DNA of 20,449 nucleotides from a virus: UHGV virus genome UHGV-0138820; one strand, 5' to 3'. Shown piece by piece: positions 14,747 to 20,449 of this stretch (position 1 is its first letter; each line of letters starts with the position of its first letter). The notes under the pieces were generated by a model. It saw only the letters and a program-made list of their open reading frames with translations, ran no database searches and was not told where the DNA came from. The position numbers and the translations under genes were made by a program.

Positions 14747-15043
14747 ATGAACGCTTATTACATTCAGGATCGTCTTGAGGCTCAAAGCTGGGCGCGTCAC
14801 TACCAGCAGATCGCCCGTGAAGAGAAAGAGGCAGAACTGGCAGACGACATGGAAAAAGGTCTTCCACAGCACCTGTTTGAATCACTCTGCATCGATCATT
14901 TGCAACGCTGCGGGGCCAGCAAAAAAGCCATTACCCGTGCGTTTGATGACGATGTTGAGTTTCAGGAGCGCATGGCAGAACACATCCGGTACATGGTTGA
15001 AACCATTGCTCACCACCATGTTGATATTGATTCAGAGGTATAA
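14747..15043 (+). CDS. gam: Gam (short form), RecBCD inhibitor
   Basis: 98-aa [57 protein letters not shown]..., near-identical to lambda GamS as recalled. RBS AGGAG upstream. Confidence 0.9.
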   Translation: MNAYYIQDRLEAQSWARHYQQIAREEKEAELADDMEKGLPQHLFESLCIDHLQRCGASKKAITRAFDDDVEFQERMAEHIRYMVETIAHHHVDIDSEV

Positions 15044-15048
15044 AACGG

Positions 15049-15834
15049 ATGAGTACAGCACTCGCAACGCTGGCTGGGAAGCTGGCTGAACGTGTCGGCA
15101 TGGATTCTGTCGACCCACAGGAACTGATCACCACTCTTCGTCAGACGGCATTTAAAGGTGATGCCAGCGATGCGCAGTTCATCGCATTGCTGATCGTCGC
15201 CAACCAGTACGGCCTTAATCCGTGGACGAAAGAAATTTACGCCTTCCCTGATAAGCAGAACGGCATCGTTCCGGTGGTGGGCGTTGATGGCTGGTCCCGC
15301 ATCATCAATGAAAACCAGCAGTTTGATGGCATGGACTTTGAGCAGGACAATGAATCATGTACGTGCCGGATTTACCGCAAAGACCGCAATCATCCGATCT
15401 GCGTTACCGAATGGATGGATGAATGCCGCCGCGAACCATTCAAAACTCGCGAAGGCAGAGAAATCACGGGGCCGTGGCAGTCGCATCCCAAACGGATGTT
15501 ACGGCATAAAGCCATGATTCAGTGTGCCCGTCTGGCCTTCGGATTTGCTGGTATCTATGACAAGGATGAAGCCGAGCGCATTGTCGAAAATACTGCATAC
15601 ACTGCGGAACGTCAGCCGGAACGCGACATCACTCCGGTTAACGATGAAACCATGCAGGAGATTAACACTCTGCTGATTGCCCTGGACAAAACATGGGATG
15701 TCGACTTATTGCCGCTCTGTTCCCAGATATTTCGCCGCGACATTCGCGCATCGTCAGAACTGACACAGGCCGAAGCAGTGAAAGCTCTTGGATTCCTGAA
15801 ACAGAAAGCCACTGAGCAGAAGGTGGCAGCATGA
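15049..15834 (+). CDS. bet: Bet (Red-beta single-strand annealing protein)
   Basis: 261-aa [69 protein letters not shown]..., near-identical to lambda Bet as recalled. Confidence 0.9.
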   Translation: MSTALATLAGKLAERVGMDSVDPQELITTLRQTAFKGDASDAQFIALLIVANQYGLNPWTKEIYAFPDKQNGIVPVVGVDGWSRIINENQQFDGMDFEQDNESCTCRIYRKDRNHPICVTEWMDECRREPFKTREGREITGPWQSHPKRMLRHKAMIQCARLAFGFAGIYDKDEAERIVENTAYTAERQPERDITPVNDETMQEINTLLIALDKTWDVDLLPLCSQIFRRDIRASSELTQAEAVKALGFLKQKATEQKVAA

Positions 15835-16511
15835 CACCGGACATTATCCTGCAGCGTACCGGGATCGACGTGAGAGCTGTCGAACAGGGGGATGATGCAT
15901 GGCACAAATTACGGCTCGGCGTCATCACCGCTTCAGAAGTTCACAACGTGATAGCAAAGCCCCGCTCAGGAAAGAAGTGGCCTGACATGAAAATGTCCTA
16001 CTTCCACACCCTGCTGGCTGAGGTTTGCACCGGTGTGGCTCCGGAAGTTAATGCTAAGGCGCTGGCGTGGGGAAAACAGTACGAGAACGACGCCAGAACC
16101 CTGTTTGAATTCACTTCCGGCGTGAATGTTACTGAATCCCCGATCATCTATCGCGACGAAAGTATGCGCACCGCCTGCTCTCCCGATGGTTTATGCAGTG
16201 ACGGCAATGGCCTTGAGCTGAAATGCCCGTTTACCTCCCGGGATTTCATGAAGTTCCGGCTCGGTGGTTTCGAGGCCATAAAGTCGGCTTACATGGCCCA
16301 GGTGCAGTACAGCATGTGGGTGACACGAAAAGATGCCTGGTACTTTGCCAACTATGACCCACGAATGAAGCGTGAAGGCCTGCATTATGTCGTGGTTGAG
16401 CGGGATGAAAAGTACATGGCGAGTTTTGACGAGATGGTGCCGGAGTTCATCGAAAAAATGGACGAAGCACTGGCTGAAATTGGTTTTGTATTTGGAGAGC
16501 AATGGCGATGA
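15831..16511 (+). CDS. exo: Exo (Red-alpha 5'-3' exonuclease)
   Basis: 226-aa [68 protein letters not shown]..., near-identical to lambda Exo as recalled. ATGA overlap with bet. Confidence 0.9.
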   Translation: MTPDIILQRTGIDVRAVEQGDDAWHKLRLGVITASEVHNVIAKPRSGKKWPDMKMSYFHTLLAEVCTGVAPEVNAKALAWGKQYENDARTLFEFTSGVNVTESPIIYRDESMRTACSPDGLCSDGNGLELKCPFTSRDFMKFRLGGFEAIKSAYMAQVQYSMWVTRKDAWYFANYDPRMKREGLHYVVVERDEKYMASFDEMVPEFIEKMDEALAEIGFVFGEQWR

Positions 16512-16690
16512 CCCATCCTCACGATAATATCCGGGTAGGCGCGATCACTTTCGTCTACTCCGTTACAAAGCGAGGCTGGGTATTTCACGGTCTTTCTGTT
16601 ATCCGAAATCCGCTGAAAGCCCAGCGGCTGGCTGAGGAGATAAATAATAAACGGGGGGCGGTATGCACAAAGCATCTCCTGTTGAGTTAA
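16508..16690 (+). CDS. Small accessory protein (60 aa), lambda orf60a position
   Basis: ATG at 16508 overlaps the exo stop (ATGA). Size and position match lambda orf60a; the sequence was not verified from memory. Confidence 0.55.
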   Translation: MTHPHDNIRVGAITFVYSVTKRGWVFHGLSVIRNPLKAQRLAEEINNKRGAVCTKHLLLS

Positions 16691-16854
16691 GAACGAGTAT
16701 TGATTTGGCACATAGCCTTGCTCAAATTGGAGTCAGGTTTGTGCCAATACCAGCAGAAACAGACGAAGAATTTCATACGTTAGCCACATCCCTTTCACAA
16801 AAGCTGGAAATGATGGTGGCGAAAGCAGAAGCAGATGAGAGAGACCAGGTATGA
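16663..16854 (+). CDS. Small accessory protein (63 aa), lambda orf63 position
   Basis: 63-aa [66 protein letters not shown]. Size and position match lambda orf63. Confidence 0.55.
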   Translation: MHKASPVELRTSIDLAHSLAQIGVRFVPIPAETDEEFHTLATSLSQKLEMMVAKAEADERDQV

Positions 16855-16934
16855 CAACCACTGAATGCATTTTTCTGGCAGCGGGCTTCATATTCTGTGT
16901 GCTTATGCTTGCCGACATGGGGCTTGTTCAGTGA
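16851..16934 (+). CDS. Candidate 27-aa hydrophobic micropeptide, not in the supplied ORF track
   Basis: Own translation: MTTTECIFLAAGFIFCVLMLADMGLVQ. ATGA overlap with the upstream 63-aa ORF stop and GTGA overlap with the downstream GTG start. Sequence-only prediction. Confidence 0.3.
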   Translation: MTTTECIFLAAGFIFCVLMLADMGLVQ

Positions 16935-17146
16935 CACCTCAGCAAGAAAACGCCCTTCGCAGCATTGCCCGTCAGGCTAATTCTGAAATCAAAAAAGTCA
17001 GACAGCAGTTTCCGGATAAAAACGTCAATGACATTTGCCGTAGCGTACTGAAGAAGCACCGCGAAACGGTAACGCTGAAGGGATTCACACCGACTCATTT
17101 AAGCCTGGCAATCGGCATGTTAAACGGCGTCTTTAAGGAACGATGA
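16931..17146 (+). CDS. Hypothetical small protein (71 aa from GTG; the track shows a 93-aa frame from 16865)
   Basis: In-frame GTG at 16931 is coupled to the upstream micropeptide stop. Lies in the lambda exo-xis accessory region; start codon uncertain. Confidence 0.45.
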   Translation: MTPQQENALRSIARQANSEIKKVRQQFPDKNVNDICRSVLKKHRETVTLKGFTPTHLSLAIGMLNGVFKER

Positions 17147-17244
17147 ACATGAAAAGCAAAATTATCAGGGAGCTACAGGCTCCTTTTTTATTGTTCGCAT
17201 TCACCCTCAAGCGTATTAACCAACAGTTCAGGGATTAATGAAAG

Positions 17245-17466
17245 ATGGCAGACATCATTGATTCAGCATCAGAAATAGAAGAATTACAGCGCAACACAGC
17301 AATAAAAATGCGCCGCCTGAACTACCTGGCTGTATCTGCCACTCATTGTTGTGAGTGTGGCGATCCGATAGATGAACGAAGACGCCTGGCCGTTCAGGGT
17401 TGTCGGACTTGCGCCAGTTGCCAGCAAGATCTGGAGCTTATCCGCAAACAAAGGGGGATTAAGTGA
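17245..17466 (+). CDS. TraR/DksA-family C4 zinc-finger protein (lambda orf73-like)
   Basis: 73-aa ORF with CCECGDPIDERRRLAVQGCRTCASC (CxxC-x17-CxxC). Lambda Orf73 is a known TraR homolog of the same length and position. Confidence 0.7.
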   Translation: MADIIDSASEIEELQRNTAIKMRRLNYLAVSATHCCECGDPIDERRRLAVQGCRTCASCQQDLELIRKQRGIK

Positions 17467-17792
17467 TGGCTAACCTGCAACTTGCTGTTAAAAGTGAATA
17501 CTTCGATGCCATGATTCGCGGAGAGAAAACGGAAGAGTATCGCTTGTGTAATGACTACTGGAATAAGCGAATTATGTTCCGGGAATATGACCGCCTGATT
17601 ATCACAAAGGGATATCCGAAGCGCGACGATTCCAGTCGCAGAATTGATGTTCCGTATGACGGATATGAAGTGAAGACAATCACACATCCGCACTTTGGCG
17701 ATAAACCGGTAAAGGTGTTCGCTATAAAGGTGAATATCAGCACTGAATATCAATCCGCACAACACAAGGTCAAGAATGTTCAGAGTGATTGA
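17466..17792 (+). CDS. Hypothetical protein, possible ASCH/PUA-like fold
   Basis: 108 aa from ATG at 17466 (one-base overlap with the previous stop, TGATG). N-terminus LAVKSEYFDAMIRGEKTEEYR is ASCH-like; weak motif-level call. Confidence 0.5.
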   Translation: MANLQLAVKSEYFDAMIRGEKTEEYRLCNDYWNKRIMFREYDRLIITKGYPKRDDSSRRIDVPYDGYEVKTITHPHFGDKPVKVFAIKVNISTEYQSAQHKVKNVQSD

Positions 17793-18015
17793 CCCTAACA
17801 CCTGGTACGTCGACCACCACGGCACTCCCTGCAAAATCCTGCGTTCTACCCACAACAAAGTTCACTACATCCGAAAAGGCAGAACATGTATCGCCAGCAT
17901 GTTCCGCTTTAATCATGACTTTGAACCTGTGAATAAAGCTGATGCAGATCGGATAGCAGAAGAGATCGAAACGGCAGAACACATTAAGAAGTTACGTGAC
18001 ATGCGCAGGAAATAG
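17776..18015 (+). CDS. Hypothetical protein (79 aa)
   Basis: ORF in the exo-xis accessory region overlapping the upstream gene by 17 nt. No family recognised. Confidence 0.45.
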   Translation: MFRVIDPNTWYVDHHGTPCKILRSTHNKVHYIRKGRTCIASMFRFNHDFEPVNKADADRIAEEIETAEHIKKLRDMRRK

Positions 18016-18154
18016 AAAAATTGATAAATTCAATACTGCATTTCTCAGCATTAAATTTATCTCTATGACCAGTCAAGAGATGTACCTGCCATGAGCTTAA
18101 TATCATGTCAGATATATCGGTCACAAACTCCCTCAGCAGCTAAGAGGAGGACAA

Positions 18155-18391
18155 ATGTCTCGACTAATCACTTTACAGGACTGGGCTAAAGAAGAATTTG
18201 GGGACTTAGCACCAAGTGAGCGAGTTCTGAAAAAATACGCGCAAGGGAAAATGATGGCCCCACCCGCTATAAAAGTTGGTCGCTACTGGATGATTGACCG
18301 AAATTCCCGTTTTGTAGGAACGCTTGCAGAACCGCAACTCCCAATAAACGCAAACCCAAAACTCCAAAGGATAATCGCTGATGGCTGCTAG
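18155..18391 (+). CDS. xis: Excisionase Xis
   Basis: 78-aa ORF with strong RBS AAGAGGAGG. N-terminal MSRLITLQDWAK resembles lambda Xis MYLTLQEW. Overlaps the int start by 11 nt. Confidence 0.7.
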   Translation: MSRLITLQDWAKEEFGDLAPSERVLKKYAQGKMMAPPAIKVGRYWMIDRNSRFVGTLAEPQLPINANPKLQRIIADGC

Positions 18392-19523
18392 ACCCCGATC
18401 TCACAAAATCTCTATACCCAATTTATATTGCAAATTAGATAAGCGAACCGGAAAGGTATATTGGCAATACAAACATCCACTATCCGGTCGTTTTCATAGC
18501 TTAGGAACTGATGAGAATGAAGCAAAACAAGTTGCTACTGAAGCAAATACCATTATTGCTGAACAACGTACCAGACAAATATTAAGCGTCAATGAGCGTC
18601 TGGAAAGAATGAAAGGCAGGCGCTCAGACATTACGGTGACAGAATGGCTTGATAAATATATTTCTATCCAAGAGGACAGGCTGCAACATAATGAACTAAG
18701 ACCCAACTCCTATCGGCAAAAAGGCAAACCCATTCGTCTTTTCCGTGAGCATTGTGGAATGCAACACCTCAAGGATATTACCGCACTTGATATTGCCGAA
18801 ATAATTGATGCTGTAAAGGCTGAAGGTCATAACAGGATGGCGCAAGTCGTGAGAATGGTGTTGATCGACGTCTTCAAAGAAGCACAACACGCAGGACATG
18901 TTCCGCCAGGATTTAACCCAGCGCAGGCAACAAAACAACCGCGAAATCGAGTAAACCGCCAAAGATTGTCACTGCCCGAATGGCAGGCAATATTTGACAG
19001 CGTAAGCAGACGGCAGCCCTATTTAAAATGCGGCATGCTACTTGCTCTTGTTACTGGACAACGTTTAGGCGATATCTGCAATTTGAAATTCTCTGATATA
19101 TGGGACGACATGTTGCACATTACTCAGGAAAAAACCGGTTCAAAACTTGCTATTCCGCTTAACCTGAAATGCGATGCTCTGAATATTACCCTTCGTGAAG
19201 TTATATCTCAGTGCAGGGATGCTGTTGTTAGTAAATATCTGGTCCATTACCGTCACACTACCTCTCAAGCAAACAGAGGAGACCAGGTTTCTGCAAATAC
19301 TCTGACAACGGCTTTTAAAAAGGCCCGGGAAAAATGTGGCATAAAATGGGAGCAAGGAACTGCGCCCACATTTCATGAGCAGCGATCTCTGTCAGAACGG
19401 TTATATCGGGAACAGGGTCTGGATACGCAAAAGTTGTTAGGCCATAAATCCAGAAAAATGACCGACCGATACAATGATGATCGTGGTAAAGACTGGATTA
19501 TCGTAGATATCAAAACAGCATAG
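18381..19523 (+). CDS. int: Tyrosine integrase (lambda Int family)
   Basis: 380-aa ORF; the C-terminus ...LLGHKSRKMTDRYNDDRGKDWIIVDIK parallels lambda Int ...GHKSDTMASQYRDDRGREWDKIEIK, including the catalytic Tyr region. Confidence 0.9.
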   Translation: MAARPRSHKISIPNLYCKLDKRTGKVYWQYKHPLSGRFHSLGTDENEAKQVATEANTIIAEQRTRQILSVNERLERMKGRRSDITVTEWLDKYISIQEDRLQHNELRPNSYRQKGKPIRLFREHCGMQHLKDITALDIAEIIDAVKAEGHNRMAQVVRMVLIDVFKEAQHAGHVPPGFNPAQATKQPRNRVNRQRLSLPEWQAIFDSVSRRQPYLKCGMLLALVTGQRLGDICNLKFSDIWDDMLHITQEKTGSKLAIPLNLKCDALNITLREVISQCRDAVVSKYLVHYRHTTSQANRGDQVSANTLTTAFKKAREKCGIKWEQGTAPTFHEQRSLSERLYREQGLDTQKLLGHKSRKMTDRYNDDRGKDWIIVDIKTA

Positions 19524-19534
19524 AAAATAGCCAG

Positions 19535-19570
19535 TTTTGGGGAAGGGTTTTGGGGAAAGTTTTGGGGAAG
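19535..19570 (+). repeat. Three direct repeats of TTTTGGGGAA(G/A) in the int-proximal attachment arm
   Basis: gttttggggaag / ggttttggggaaa / gttttggggaag at a 12-13 bp period, between the int stop and the icd terminator. Possibly arm-type recombinase or accessory-factor sites. Confidence 0.4.
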
Positions 19571-19603
19571 ATTTTACATCATCATAAAACAACGGGCGTG
19601 TTA
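19567..19603 (-). terminator. Rho-independent terminator of icd (minus strand)
   Basis: AACGGGCGT-ataac-ACGCCCGTT (perfect 9-bp stem) followed by GTTTTATGATG on the minus strand, directly after the icd stop. Confidence 0.65.
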
Positions 19604-19636
19604 TACGCCCGTTTCAATATTTAACACATGTAGTGA

Positions 19637-20449
19637 TTACATATTCTTGATGATCGCGTCACCAAACTCTGAACATTTCAGCAGTTTAGCGCCTTCCATC
19701 AGACGTTCGAAGTCATAGGTTACGGTCTTGGCATTGATTGCGCCTTCCATACCTTTAACAATCAGGTCAGCCGCTTCAGTCCAACCCATATGGCGCAGCA
19801 TCATCTCAGCGGAGAGAATAATAGAGCCTGGGTTTACTTTGTCCTGTCCGGCATATTTCGGCGCAGTACCGTGGGTGGCTTCAAACAGGGCGCATTCGTC
19901 ACCGATGTTTGCGCCAGGGGCGATACCGATACCACCAACCTGCGCTGCCAGGGCGTCAGAAATGTAGTCACCGTTCAGGTTCATACAGGCGATAACATCA
20001 TATTCAGCCGGACGCAGCAGGATCTGTTGCAGGAATGCATCAGCAATCACGTCTTTAATGACGATCTCTTTGCCGGTATTCGGGTTTTTAACTTTCAGCC
20101 ACGGGCCGCCGTCGATCAGTTCACCGCCAAATTCTTCACGCGCCAGCTGGTAGCCCCAGTCTTTAAACGCGCCTTCGGTGAACTTCATGATGTTGCCTTT
20201 GTGCACCAGGGTCACAGAGTCACGATCGTTAGCAATTGCGTATTCGATCGCTGCACGAACCAGACGTTTGGTGCCTTCTTCCGAACACGGCTTAATACCG
20301 ATACCGCAATGTTCCGGGAAGCGAATTTTCTTCACGCCCATCTCTTCACGCAGGAATTTAATCACTTTCTCAGCGTCGGCAGAGTCTGCTTTCCATTCGA
20401 TACCCGCATAAATGTCTTCCGAGTTTTCACGGAAGATAACCATATCGGT
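19637..20449 (-). CDS. icd: Isocitrate dehydrogenase (NADP), C-terminal part; gene continues beyond window end
   Basis: The translation ...[76 protein letters not shown]...[13 protein letters not shown] matches E. coli Icd as recalled. The frame is open to the window edge. Confidence 0.9.
   Translation of the reverse strand, partial: TDMVIFRENSEDIYAGIEWKADSADAEKVIKFLREEMGVKKIRFPEHCGIGIKPCSEEGTKRLVRAAIEYAIANDRDSVTLVHKGNIMKFTEGAFKDWGYQLAREEFGGELIDGGPWLKVKNPNTGKEIVIKDVIADAFLQQILLRPAEYDVIACMNLNGDYISDALAAQVGGIGIAPGANIGDECALFEATHGTAPKYAGQDKVNPGSIILSAEMMLRHMGWTEAADLIVKGMEGAINAKTVTYDFERLMEGAKLLKCSEFGDAIIKNM

Larger units (their letters stand above)
1..19640. mobile_element. Lambdoid prophage, partial (continues beyond window start), integrated at the 3' end of icd
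   Basis: Contiguous phage modules in lambda-like order: lysis (Rz/R/holin), Q-like, nin block, replication O/P with ori iterons, immunity region with divergent Cro-like and CI-like genes, Red recombination genes, xis and int, ending next to host icd. Right boundary is approximate; the att core is not resolved. Confidence 0.85.

Noticed and set aside
17394-17858. 154-aa minus-strand ORF
   Set aside because: Antisense to the TraR-like and ASCH-like genes within a co-directional, translationally coupled plus-strand operon.
1-20449. Insertion sequences or transposases
   Set aside because: No transposase-like ORF or terminal inverted repeats seen. The only recombinase is the phage integrase.

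Overview
This window is the right-hand ~19.6 kb of a mosaic lambdoid prophage integrated into the 3' end of the host isocitrate dehydrogenase gene (icd, 19637..20449, minus strand, partial). All identity calls come from reading the ORF translations against protein sequences recalled from memory; nothing was searched. Right to left on the minus strand the prophage carries int/xis-distal early-right and late genes: Cro-like (YdaS family), YdaT-like CII analog, O with internal ori iterons, P, a ~6.4 kb cargo island, the nin-type block ybcN-ninE-ybcO-rusA-ylcG, a Q-like gene, then holin, endolysin R and the start of Rz at the window edge. On the plus strand are a LexA-type CI-like repressor, a two-gene AT-rich cassette in the position lambda uses for rexAB, a candidate PL with operators, then gam-bet-exo, a run of small accessory ORFs, xis and int. 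The cargo island holds a secreted family IV esterase and a 1540-aa intimin/invasin-type inverse autotransporter adhesin with four near-identical 357-bp tandem repeats. The most promising candidate for an undescribed system is the two-gene cassette at 13195..13913; a possible N-like antiterminator with a nut-like inverted repeat and the adhesin island are the next most interesting.
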